A DNA stretch of 64,000 nucleotides from Parcubacteria group bacterium Licking1014_17 (GTDB taxonomy: Bacteria > Patescibacteriota > Minisyncoccia > 2-02-FULL-40-12 > IGHO2-01-FULL-4-A), in the NCBI GenBank assembly GCA_007376485.1, contig VMGJ01000002.1, forward strand, positions 15,134 through 79,133. Direction: 5' to 3'. The position numbers were made by a program, and so were the translations under genes. Positions within the stretch are counted from its first letter, which is position 1. Each line of letters starts with the position of its first letter. Under the pieces are notes generated by a model. That model was not told the DNA's origin, did no database searches, and worked only from the letters and a program-made list of their open reading frames with translations. Below are positions 21,370-30,484 of this stretch, piece by piece.

Positions 21370-21672
21370 TTATGAATGGAGATTTTGGCTGGGACTCTTC
21401 CGCCTGATGCTCCGCCACGCCAGAAATATTCCGAACAAAACTGACACGGCGATAGACGGCAGGGTGGCACGAGAAAGAACCCACATAGACACCACCTTAA
21501 TAACTTCCCTGGTGGGAACTATCTCTTCATTTGTTAGTTGGGGCTTGTTAAACACCAACCCACCAAGAGAAAAAAGAATCAAAAGAAAAAGAAACACGGT
21601 TATCATGTCTCTCCAAATCTCTTCTCTCCTTATAACCCTTACTACCAGATTTACCCTCCCTAATGTTTTCAC
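21370..21672 (-). CDS. Hypothetical membrane protein
   Basis: Two hydrophobic segments. Confidence 0.4.
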   Translation of the reverse strand: MKTLGRVNLVVRVIRREEIWRDMITVFLFLLILFSLGGLVFNKPQLTNEEIVPTREVIKVVSMWVLSRATLPSIAVSVLFGIFLAWRSIRRKSPSQNLHS

Positions 21673-21829
21673 GCGAATCTCCTTTCTCTGTGCTAGGGTT
21701 AAAAACTATTTATCTTCGTTAAAACCATCAGTAAAAGAGCTGCAAGAAGACATTACATCATAATTCAGATAAAAAAGCAAATTTCCTAAGCTATCCCAAA
21801 GAAAAGCCGACGTTGCCGGTTTGGTATTA

Positions 21830-22291
21830 TTACCCCAGCGGCTTTTTAATAACATTGGGTTCTTCCGCTGATTCGTTAAAAATTTTAGCACTTTTTTTGA
21901 TCAGATTTTTGTCGCTCACTTGTTTTATGGTAATACCGGCCTCTTTTAATCTTTGCTTCGTTATTTGGCTATGCATAGGATCTCTTGCCCCATAAACAAC
22001 ATGTTTTATCCCGCTTCTAATTATTCGACTTACGCAATCCGCCATTCCCTCTGTGGCACGTTTACTGCATGGTTCCACGGTACAGTATAATATGGAGGAC
22101 CCATCTATCAGATTTTTATTTTCCACTTCGCTTATTACCCTGTCTTCCGCGTGAATCTTCCCGTCATCGCCGCTTGGAAAAGATACCACAATTTTGCTGT
22201 CGGTTATTAGGCAAGCGGAAACAATCCCTCTCGGATCTTTTGACTTTTTTGCCGTTGCGAAAAGATGTTGAAATATTTTTTTGTCGTTCAC
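21830..22291 (-). CDS. Zinc-dependent cytidine/deoxycytidylate deaminase-family protein (RibD-like deaminase domain)
   Basis: HAE motif and TVEPC..R.....DC...I..SGI..VVYG..DP. Confidence 0.85.
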   Translation of the reverse strand: MNDKKIFQHLFATAKKSKDPRGIVSACLITDSKIVVSFPSGDDGKIHAEDRVISEVENKNLIDGSSILYCTVEPCSKRATEGMADCVSRIIRSGIKHVVYGARDPMHSQITKQRLKEAGITIKQVSDKNLIKKSAKIFNESAEEPNVIKKPLG

Positions 22292-22418
22292 ATTAAAAAA
22301 TCAATGCCTAATTTACAAAACTGACCTATTTGCATTTTAACACGGAAATAAACAGAAAGCCCGCCTTCCGGCGGGTTTCCGTTTCCGTATCCTTAACTCC
22401 TTAATTTAAAGTTTATTT

Positions 22419-22727
22419 CTATTTTTTAACAATCCAAACTGGTGAAGCTATATCCCATCCGACCAAGTCATTGCCAAACTGCCTTTTCAAAGAATCCGAC
22501 ACGGGATCCATATACTCGGCAAGTTGGTTTTCCTTTGATTCCCGATCTGATATGTCATAGGTGAATCCTATGCCAAACTGATTCTTTGACACTCTTCTGA
22601 TATACAGCTGAAGATATTTTGGGTCTTCAGCCGCCCACTTTTTCGCGACTTCTTCAAGCTGTTCTATGGAAATTTTGTCGTTGAATTTCCATAATCCCAT
22701 AATGTAATTAGTGGAATCTTTTTCCAT
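22419..22727 (-). CDS. Hypothetical protein
   Basis: 102-aa ORF followed by a terminator-like hairpin. Confidence 0.6.
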   Translation of the reverse strand: MEKDSTNYIMGLWKFNDKISIEQLEEVAKKWAAEDPKYLQLYIRRVSKNQFGIGFTYDISDRESKENQLAEYMDPVSDSLKRQFGNDLVGWDIASPVWIVKK

Positions 22728-22892
22728 GGAAGTGAAAGAAAAGGAATGGAAAGGAACGGAATGTTTTGATTATATCATATTTTATGGTTTACACAACTAT
22801 TAATCCCCCGCCGTCAACGGCTATCTTTAGGCAATAAAAGAATCCCCGGTTGGCTGACCGGGGGAAATGGGATAGTGACTATTAGGTTACAT

Positions 22893-23354
22893 TTACTCTT
22901 CGGGCGGCTTTTCCGCCGGAAGAGTATTGCTCAAGATTGCCGGAGGCATTTGCATCAGGGCGTAGAAGATGTCCCCCGCGATCTTGACGGTAGCCCTGAT
23001 TTCCTCCTCAAGGTTGGTATCCCCTCGAAGTGGACGTACAACCTCCCGGGCAATATCTAATGCTTTTTGATAGTTTTTTCTAGCTACTTCAGCCTGCTGC
23101 GGACTCGCCGGGACGAGAATACTTTTGTCGTTCTGTTTTAGAAGATCAGCTACCCGTTTTTGAAGATCGGCTACCTGACGCTGGAGCTGCTGATTTTTCT
23201 CCCACAGGGTCCTGTTGGCTTGTCTGACCTTGGCCAACTGTTCTTCACACCCGGCGGTAGTAGACTGGCTCGATGGAGCTCCCTGCCCCAGCACCGGCAA
23301 TCCGCTCGCTACAAATACCAAAAACATAACAGAGAAAAACAAGAACTTTTTCAT
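22893..23354 (-). CDS. Secreted coiled-coil hypothetical protein
   Basis: Signal peptide MKKFLFF...; heptad pattern. Confidence 0.6.
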   Translation of the reverse strand: MKKFLFFSVMFLVFVASGLPVLGQGAPSSQSTTAGCEEQLAKVRQANRTLWEKNQQLQRQVADLQKRVADLLKQNDKSILVPASPQQAEVARKNYQKALDIAREVVRPLRGDTNLEEEIRATVKIAGDIFYALMQMPPAILSNTLPAEKPPEE

Positions 23355-23384
23355 TTTCCACTCCTTTTGTTCGTGGATAAACTA

Positions 23385-23849
23385 CTACACGATTCTGACC
23401 GCCTCACGGGCGATGTTATTCATGAATTCCGGGTCGGAGTGCGGCAGTGCTTTCTGCAGATATTGAAGGTGTTCCCTCTAGTCCGGCGGGAACACGAAGA
23501 CATCAAGGTCATTAACCCCCGTGATAATTTGCGCCTCTATACACAAATCGTTAAAATTCTCACCGAGAATATCCCAAGCCGTCTCAATGCGAATGTATTT
23601 ATTGAAATACATCCCACCAAGGACTAGGGATCTCCGATTCCAAACATCTCCTTCGCGATTAGAGCATTCCGTCCTTTCTTTTACAAGAGTGACAAACTCA
23701 CTCGCCCTTTCATCATCAGTGATGATAATCAGATCAACATCCTTACCCCAATCGTCTCGAACAAGGCTGCCAAAAAGCCATATTTCACACACATGCATGT
23801 GTGTGATGAGAATTTTTGCCAACGAGATCGCTGCCGTGCGACTTACCAT
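23385..23849 (-). pseudogene. Nucleotidyltransferase-domain protein with internal amber codon
   Basis: LFGS.VR....KDVDL motif; TAG at 23478-23480 is followed in frame by REHLQYLQKALPHSDPEFMNNIAREAVRIV and a stop. Confidence 0.55.
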
Positions 23850-24041
23850 TTCCGACTCCTTTCGTTTATGTCGTTTATGGATAATTTAAACCCAATTTTC
23901 AAAAAACAACCTAACTGTTTTATATTAACACAAGATTAAAAAACAATCAAGAGCTTGTCATGGTTCAATACCTTGGAACCATGACAAGCTCTTTCCTTAT
24001 TATAAAAATTATGGTATCATATATCGCTTGCTTATAATCCG

Positions 24042-25886
24042 ATGAAAGAGAAATTATCAAATTTAAGAAATATAGCCATCATCGCCCATGTTGACCACGG
24101 CAAAACAACGCTGGTTGATTTTTTATTGAAACAATCGAACACTTTTCATGCCAAAGCGGAAGAATTAGGCAAGGATTTAATTATGGATTCCAATGATTTG
24201 GAGAAAGAAAGGGGTATAACGATCCTGGCAAAGAATACCTCGGTCAATTATAACGGCACTAAAATTAATATCATTGATACGCCGGGCCACGCCGATTTCG
24301 GAGGAGAGGTAGAACGGACTCTAAATATGGCTGACGGGGCTCTATTGTTGGTGGATGCCCAGGAAGGCCCGATGCCTCAAACAAAGTTTGTTCTTAAAAA
24401 AGCGATTGATTTGAATCTGAAGATTATTGTCGTTATAAATAAAATCGATAAACCGGGCGCCGACCCCAAGCGGACCATCGGTGAAGTGTCCAACCTTTTT
24501 CTGAATCTTTCTACGCATGAAAGCCATCTGGATTTTCCAATTATTTATGCCATCGGCCGCGAGGGAAAGGCATGGGATCATGAGCCGACGGCTGAAGAAA
24601 AATCAGCCGAAGGAAATCTTGAACCGCTTTTCAAGAAAATAATAGAATGCATCCCGGCGCCGGAAGTTGACGCAGACGCGCCCCTGCAAATGCTCGTTTC
24701 AAACTTGGATAGGGATAATTATCAGGGTAAATACACCATCGGCCGGATTGCCCGCGGAAAAATCAAAATCGGCCAGGCGGTGACGCTCATCGACCTGACT
24801 GGCAATAAAGAAAACGGGAGAGTAGATAAAATTTTCACGTTTCAGGGATTGGTCAGGACGGAAGTTTTCGAAGCCTCTGCCGGAGATATAGTCGCGGTCA
24901 CCGGAATCCCAAATTCCCACATAGGCATGACGGTCGCCGATTTCGATTCGCCTGAAGCGCTGCCAACCATAACAATAGAGGAACCGACATTAAGAATAAG
25001 AATCGGACCGAACACGTCCCCTTTCAAGGGCAAGGAAGGCACGATTTTTACGTCGCGGCAAATTGCTGAGCGGCTTCATCGGGAAGTAGAGACGAACGTG
25101 GGCATGAGATTGCAGGAGCTTGGCGGAACTGATTTTTTGGTTTCGGGCCGCGGAGAACTGCACCTGTCAATTTTAATTGAAACCTTAAGGCGCGAGGGAT
25201 TTGAAATGGAAATTTCAAAGCCGGAAGTCATTATAAAAGAAATCGACGGCGAGAAAATGGAACCATTCGAAGAAGTGACAATTGACGTGCCGGAAGAATA
25301 TGTGGGGGTCATTACGGCGGAATTCGGAAAAAGAAAAGCAAACTTAATTGATTTGGCCAATCACAATAATGGATATTCGAGGCTTGTTTATCACATTAGC
25401 ACCCAGGCATTTCTGGGCTTGCGGAATATTCTGGTCGTGGATACAAAAGGAACGGCAATTATCAACAGCGTATTGCTTGGCTACAAGGATCTTGCCGGCA
25501 GCGTGCCCAGAATAAGAAACGGCGCCCTCATAGTTTCTGAAACGGGAAAGGCGGTGGCTTTCGGTCTTCAAGTAGCGCAGGGCAGGGGCATTGTTTTTAT
25601 TCCGCCAACTATTCCTGTCTACGAAGGAATGATAATAGGTTTAAATAGCCGGAAAGAAGATATAGAAATTAACGTATGCAAAGGCAAAGAACTTACGAAT
25701 ATGAGGTCAAAATCTTCCGACGAAGCGATTGTCCTTGCCCCGCCTCTTGTATTTACTTTAGAGCAGGCAATAGATTTTATTGAAGACGACGAGCTTCTTG
25801 AAGTAACCCCGCAATCTTTGCGTTTAAGAAAAAAACATCTCACAAAAAACGACAGAGTCCGCGTTAAAAGAGAAAACAGAGAATAA
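24042..25886 (+). CDS. typA: Translational GTPase TypA/BipA
   Basis: [47 protein letters not shown]. Confidence 0.97.
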   Translation: MKEKLSNLRNIAIIAHVDHGKTTLVDFLLKQSNTFHAKAEELGKDLIMDSNDLEKERGITILAKNTSVNYNGTKINIIDTPGHADFGGEVERTLNMADGALLLVDAQEGPMPQTKFVLKKAIDLNLKIIVVINKIDKPGADPKRTIGEVSNLFLNLSTHESHLDFPIIYAIGREGKAWDHEPTAEEKSAEGNLEPLFKKIIECIPAPEVDADAPLQMLVSNLDRDNYQGKYTIGRIARGKIKIGQAVTLIDLTGNKENGRVDKIFTFQGLVRTEVFEASAGDIVAVTGIPNSHIGMTVADFDSPEALPTITIEEPTLRIRIGPNTSPFKGKEGTIFTSRQIAERLHREVETNVGMRLQELGGTDFLVSGRGELHLSILIETLRREGFEMEISKPEVIIKEIDGEKMEPFEEVTIDVPEEYVGVITAEFGKRKANLIDLANHNNGYSRLVYHISTQAFLGLRNILVVDTKGTAIINSVLLGYKDLAGSVPRIRNGALIVSETGKAVAFGLQVAQGRGIVFIPPTIPVYEGMIIGLNSRKEDIEINVCKGKELTNMRSKSSDEAIVLAPPLVFTLEQAIDFIEDDELLEVTPQSLRLRKKHLTKNDRVRVKRENRE

Positions 25887-25917
25887 CAGGCGCCCCTCCT
25901 TTGTCGGGATAAACTCC

Positions 25918-25953
25918 GCGCCGAGGCGATAAACTCGCAACATACAATTTGGC
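25918..25953 (+). repeat. Direct repeat copy A (att-like remnant)
   Basis: 32/36 identical to 26792-26827. Confidence 0.65.
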
Positions 25954-26079
25954 ATGTGCACTGAGCTTGTCGAAGTGCTCCACACTGTGGACGACGTTAG
26001 AACCAGAACACAGAAATCCACGGGGTATATTCACATACCAAACATAGCTTTTTGATTTTGTCCTACCCTTTCACAACCA

Positions 26080-26406
26080 CTATTTTTCCGATAGAGCCTT
26101 CCCGAGTTCAGGAATATCTTTTTGTATAGTCTTCCAAACTTCTTCAAGGTCAACTTCAAAATATCCATGAATAAGCATATTTCTCATCCCTATTATTTTA
26201 TCCCAAGGTACATGCTTATTGCTCTCGTGAAATCCAGAAGAAAGACGATTTGATGCCTCACCTACAATTTCAATTTCGCGTATTACAGCGTCCTGAAGTA
26301 ATTTGTTCTTCAGAAATTCATCACGATTCACATCACCTATGTGTTCAACTATTGTTTTTATCGCATCTTTGATGTGTTGTACAAAAACAGAATCACTTTT
26401 TTCCAT
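26080..26406 (-). CDS. HEPN/DUF86 RNase toxin (HepT-like)
   Basis: DAVIR.IE.VGEA, W..I.GMRN.LIHGYF.VD...VW (Rx4H motif). Confidence 0.92.
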   Translation of the reverse strand: MEKSDSVFVQHIKDAIKTIVEHIGDVNRDEFLKNKLLQDAVIREIEIVGEASNRLSSGFHESNKHVPWDKIIGMRNMLIHGYFEVDLEEVWKTIQKDIPELGKALSEK

Positions 26407-26680
26407 AGAATATCTTTAAATCATGCATTACATTATCCTTAATATACGGGCTTAAAAATCCTTCTGTTAATAGGTCCACCTCAATCCCCAGTTTCTCTGA
26501 TAATTCATTCTTAAACCCTGCAAAATCAAATAAACCCAAAGGTTCTTTGAGTTTAACAAGTATATCAATGTCACTATCTTCATTTGCTTCTCCTCTGGAG
26601 TGTGAACCGAAAAGTCCGGCATAAACAACGCCATATTTGTCCAGAATAGGCTCTATTTTTTGAACATTAACTCTATCCAT
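26393..26680 (-). CDS. Minimal nucleotidyltransferase antitoxin (MntA-like)
   Basis: LFGS.SRGEA..DSDIDILV; overlaps the HEPN gene. Confidence 0.92.
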   Translation of the reverse strand: MDRVNVQKIEPILDKYGVVYAGLFGSHSRGEANEDSDIDILVKLKEPLGLFDFAGFKNELSEKLGIEVDLLTEGFLSPYIKDNVMHDLKIFYGKK

Positions 26681-26791
26681 ATTGTTAATGTATCACATAA
26701 GAAAGCATGAATCCAGCCCATGGGCTACTCACTCCCCGCCACGGTGGGGTCGGCAGGCAAATTCTATACAATCTGCCTGCCGAGGCGCGAA

Positions 26792-26827
26792 GCGCCGAGG
26801 CAACAAACTCACAACATACAACTTGGC
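26792..26827 (+). repeat. Direct repeat copy B (att-like remnant)
   Basis: 32/36 identical to 25918-25953. Confidence 0.65.
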
Positions 26828-27263
26828 TCCCTCTGTTTGAAAAAATACGAACTTTTTTCCGCGAAAATCTTGATGCTGAATTCTAACGCTCGGGCGAGGC
26901 GGAATTCCCCCCACACCCCCCTTCCGCCTCGCTCATGATCATGATTGAGTTCTGTTGGAGGTGGAAGCGCGCCGGCCAATAACAAAAAGGATATGGCGGG
27001 TCTTTGGCGTGGCGGCACCCGCTCGGCGATTCTCGGAGAGTTATGTGGTCATTTTACCGCGTAGTGGCGCTACACGTCCACTCTCCTTCGTCGCCTCGCG
27101 TGTCAGGCGTCTTTGCACATTTTATCTGTGCTTGCCCCGCCCCCCTGTGCGCGCACAAGAGAGCCGCCTGCTGGCGGCTCTAAGCTCCCCTAATTTGTTA
27201 TTATCCACAGCTAGTTGACCTCAAACCAAAAATTTGCTAGTCTTATTAGGTAACAAAATTGAT

Positions 27264-27337
27264 AAAACCTCGCCGTATTTAATACAAGGTTTTGTACCAA
27301 AAGAGCGTGTCCTAGGTCTAGGGCCCGCTCTTTTGGT
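27264..27337 (-). ncRNA. Candidate DUF3800-associated structured RNA/DNA motif
   Basis: Two adjacent hairpins starting 3 nt after the DUF3800 stop: ACCAAAAGAGCG...CGCTCTTTTGGT and AAAACCT...AGGTTTT. Confidence 0.45.
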
Positions 27338-27339
27338 TT

Positions 27340-28014
27340 TTACCAGATTTTGTAGAGATATTTCTTATCAATTACCTTTCGTAAATCCTTGTTTTTGCCG
27401 GTAAAATAATCTTTGATCGCTCCGCTTGCAAGATCAGATAATTGCATGGCATTCACATATTCTGAATTTACATGGGTGATGTGCTTGATTCGTTCGATCG
27501 TTTTGGTGTTTACTCGCCCAAACAAGTATTCATCAAAACTTTTGAAATAATCGCCGTTGTACATTCTCCTGTCGGCTCGATCAATCACCACTTCCACTCC
27601 GGTAAGATTTTGCTTATTTGTGGCAAATAGTACGAGTTTTGATAAATTGTAATCGTCAAAAATGTTATGCAGTTTTGCGTGTCCGGCGGTTGCAAATTTG
27701 CCTTTGTAGGTTCGCTTGTCTACGAGGCGGTAATAAATCGGAATTTGCAACTTATTTACGATACCGAGCATGTCTTTGTACATGGTCAAAGGAATAATCG
27801 TGGACTTGATCTCGCTTCTAAATCCGTATTTTTGCCTGATCTCCATAATCTCATTTTCTACCGCGAACAATTTCACAGAATCCAAACAAATCGCGGTAAG
27901 GATATAAAACAGACTTGCTCCAGTCGGGATTTTATTTCCGTCCGGATCTGTTTCAAATGGCTTTCCTGGATCGCCTGACTCATCTATAAAAATGTAATGC
28001 TGTATATTGGCCAT
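27340..28014 (-). CDS. DUF3800 family protein
   Basis: N-terminal YIFIDESGD.G, EIKS, C-terminal S.....QLSDL.SG. Confidence 0.88.
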   Translation of the reverse strand: MANIQHYIFIDESGDPGKPFETDPDGNKIPTGASLFYILTAICLDSVKLFAVENEIMEIRQKYGFRSEIKSTIIPLTMYKDMLGIVNKLQIPIYYRLVDKRTYKGKFATAGHAKLHNIFDDYNLSKLVLFATNKQNLTGVEVVIDRADRRMYNGDYFKSFDEYLFGRVNTKTIERIKHITHVNSEYVNAMQLSDLASGAIKDYFTGKNKDLRKVIDKKYLYKIW

Positions 28015-28019
28015 AAATC

Positions 28020-28196
28020 CTAGTGTTTTGTTGCGTCTACTAATTTATAGGATGATTTTGCCTTCGGTGTAGGCGGCAACGTTTTACCTTTAACCCCTGT
28101 AATTTCCTCACCTGTTTTACCCCCTCTCGGCCCAATAATTTCATACTGGCCAGATCGAGGCACTGCTTGTCCCGGTTTTAGTTTAGGCTTCATCAT
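28020..28196 (-). CDS. YjzC-like small protein
   Basis: KPGQ..P.SGQY...GPRGG.TG.E.T...G..LPPTP....Y.LVD.TKH. Confidence 0.85.
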   Translation of the reverse strand: MMKPKLKPGQAVPRSGQYEIIGPRGGKTGEEITGVKGKTLPPTPKAKSSYKLVDATKH

Positions 28197-28256
28197 TCTC
28201 TTGATTATTTTTACAATATTTTTCTGCAAAATCTGACAGTTGTTTAGTCAAAGATT

Positions 28257-28802
28257 TCATATCATCAGCGATCTCGCCACCAAACGCCATTCTTCCATGG
28301 ATTCAATCTCTTTATTACCTACTTCCGATTTATTTCTTATATATAAAGCCCCGTGGCGTAGGCCAATATTTTGAGAGAATGCTTGCACCTGAGGATTGAT
28401 TAGAGCGTGGCTACTCGTATATATAACCGGGAATTCTTTACTTTCAGAAATTTGGATAAAAACAAAGTTCTTTTCGACTTTATCCTCTTTATCAATATGC
28501 TTGTGCTTCTCAATTTTACACTGAATTTTTTGGTTGCTTTTATTATTTAAAAAGCTACTGATTTGATCATGGGTAAAAGTGCCAAAATTAGCATCTGAGA
28601 GTCCCGCACGCTTACCGTCTTTATCTACTCCAATAATAACAATGCCACCACCGCTCTCATTGGCCATGGCAAATATTGTTTTTATGATTTCTAACTTCTT
28701 CGCTATATCAGTCCAGGGGATGTCTCCCTTATATTCCAGATAAACTTCCTCTTGGTCATGGTAGAGTGCTTCGAGTAACTCATTTGGTATTTCGTCTATC
28801 AT
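28257..28802 (-). CDS. Schlafen/AlbA_2 domain protein, possibly truncated
   Basis: E...LEYK, I.AMAN..GG.VIIGVD. Confidence 0.8.
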   Translation of the reverse strand: MIDEIPNELLEALYHDQEEVYLEYKGDIPWTDIAKKLEIIKTIFAMANESGGGIVIIGVDKDGKRAGLSDANFGTFTHDQISSFLNNKSNQKIQCKIEKHKHIDKEDKVEKNFVFIQISESKEFPVIYTSSHALINPQVQAFSQNIGLRHGALYIRNKSEVGNKEIESMEEWRLVARSLMI

Positions 28803-29356
28803 GGTCGTATTGCTTCTAATTTATATTCCCAGCCAGGCTGCCAAGAGTGAGTCTTACGCCAATCTTCGGCAAAAGCCTGTTGCCATGTTTTATTCTTAAG
28901 CAAAACATCGAGAGCAAGTTGGGGTGCTTTATGAGCTACAATGGCAACCGATTTACCATTATAGTTCTGTTTCAAGAATTCTAAAAAATCGGAAAGTCTA
29001 GTTTTAACGTCTTCGTAGCTTTCGCCATTAGGAAACCTCTTCATGATCATGTCCTCTTGCATCGGCTCTACAATAGATGACGGCTTGGCATTATAATCGC
29101 CGTAGTTACATTCTCTAAGCCTTGCATCTGGAATAATTGGCATAATGCCTCCCCATGTTAGCTTGGCTGAATTATAAGCTCTTTTTAGATCAGAACAGAA
29201 AACAACATCAAATTTCTTGTCTTTAGTTTGACTTTTGAGGTCTTTTGATTGTTGAATTCCTAGTTCAGATAGCTCGACATCATACCAACCGGATGAAACG
29301 TTTTTCTGATTATCGGTGGTTGTACCATGAACAAAGTAAGTAATCTTTACAGACAT
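28799..29356 (-). CDS. Histidine phosphatase (phosphoglycerate mutase) family protein
   Basis: VHG.T..N, SDL.RA, LRECNYG, GES..DV, IVAH; the RHG motif reads VHG. Confidence 0.85.
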   Translation of the reverse strand: MSVKITYFVHGTTTDNQKNVSSGWYDVELSELGIQQSKDLKSQTKDKKFDVVFCSDLKRAYNSAKLTWGGIMPIIPDARLRECNYGDYNAKPSSIVEPMQEDMIMKRFPNGESYEDVKTRLSDFLEFLKQNYNGKSVAIVAHKAPQLALDVLLKNKTWQQAFAEDWRKTHSWQPGWEYKLEAIRP

Positions 29357-29571
29357 ATTTATTGGGATTCTATCAAAAATCAAGGGAAATTTAAAGTTTT
29401 CTGGAAATAGGACTCGAACCAGAAAAGGTGAATAAAATAAAGGAAAGCGATTTTTGACAGGAATTGGACTGGAACCAAGAGCTGATTGCGCCAGAACACG
29501 AAACTAAAAAGTGCCAATAATATCGGCACTTTTTAGGACGCATATCGGTCGCTTGGAACCTGACCTAAATG

Positions 29572-29908
29572 CTCCGGCGCCTGGACTCGAACCAGGAACC
29601 ATCTCCTTACACATAATCCATTACTTTCGTAGTGGGGTGGACTATATCTTACCCGTGTCCCGTTGTTAGCGGATTTAGGGTTTTCGGTATCTAGTCTCTA
29701 CGGTGTCCCCTCGATTCGGGCTCGCCCTGGGCGAGCTTGTCCTGAGCTCGTCGAAGGACGAAGCGAGTCGAAGGGTTCCCACGGTATTACCCATTCGCCT
29801 ATTGGCAAATTAGGGCTTCACCGTTATCCCGAAAAGTTTCAACCTAAGTTTCCTTAGGAAGCTGCGATAAATTCACAGGGAGCCGCTCTACCATTGAGCT
29901 ACGCCGGA
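29572..29908 (-). tRNA. tRNA-Asn(GUU) interrupted by a group I intron; CCA not encoded
   Basis: 5' exon 29908-29875 TCCGGCGTAGCTCAATGGTAGAGCGGCTCCCTGT plus 3' exon 29609-29572 TAAGGAGATGGTTCCTGGTTCGAGTCCAGGCGCCGGAG gives a cloverleaf with loop CT-GTT-AA and G73. Confidence 0.9.
29610..29874 (-). mobile_element. Group I self-splicing intron (265 nt, no homing endonuclease ORF)
   Basis: P1 CUGU/GCAG with U.G at the splice site; P3 TTTTCGG/CCGAAAA; R GTAGAGACTA; S AAGATATAGTCC; GAAA-capped P9; terminal G. Confidence 0.88.
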
Positions 29909-29938
29909 ATCTTTTTTATTTAAGGTGCTGCCCATTTC

Positions 29939-29986
29939 GCCCCTCGACCAGCTCGGGGCAAGCCCTTCGACAGGTTCAGGGCAAGC
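29939..29986 (+). repeat. Two tandem 24-bp palindromic REP-like units
   Basis: CCCTCGACCAGCTCGGGGCAAG and CCCTTCGACAGGTTCAGGGCAAG match the ligA repeat unit. Confidence 0.7.
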
Positions 29987-30133
29987 TACGTCGGAATATT
30001 CAGTTTTACATTCAAAGTTTAGCAGATTAAAAACAGAGACACAAGAAGGCAAAATCGTGCGGACTTGACAAAAAAGTAGATATAAGCAAGTATTGAGTCA
30101 GCTGTTTTACAATTCAGCGGAAAGGAGCATGAA

Positions 30134-30484
30134 TTGAGCACAAGGGATTTTCTCGACAGAGAAAAATATAAAGCACCGCTAACTCTCAACCTTTGGATTT
30201 TCTGTGCCAAGGCCGGCCGGTTTTTGAAATACGGGGTGCCGTTGAACTTCTTGCTTAGTTGCCAGCGGGTATGCAAATGGATTTACAGACACACCGGCTT
30301 GTGGCCGAGGCATGAAAGCTTTGGTTTTAAGTGGCGCCAACGCCTCACACGGCTCAAAAAAAAATTGGCCGACGAGGAATACATCCTACAGATTACCAAC
30401 CAGCACGTCCGCGGAGTTGGACTTGGTCGGTATCTAAATCTGAAGTGGATAAGACGACGTTTTTCCAGAATTACCTCCCACTAG
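30134..30484 (+). CDS. Hypothetical protein
   Basis: AAGGAG RBS and upstream TTGACA; no recognisable motif. Confidence 0.35.
   Translation: MSTRDFLDREKYKAPLTLNLWIFCAKAGRFLKYGVPLNFLLSCQRVCKWIYRHTGLWPRHESFGFKWRQRLTRLKKKLADEEYILQITNQHVRGVGLGRYLNLKWIRRRFSRITSH

Noticed and set aside
27201-27209. Replication origin from a DnaA box
   Set aside because: A single box, with no cluster and no dnaA nearby
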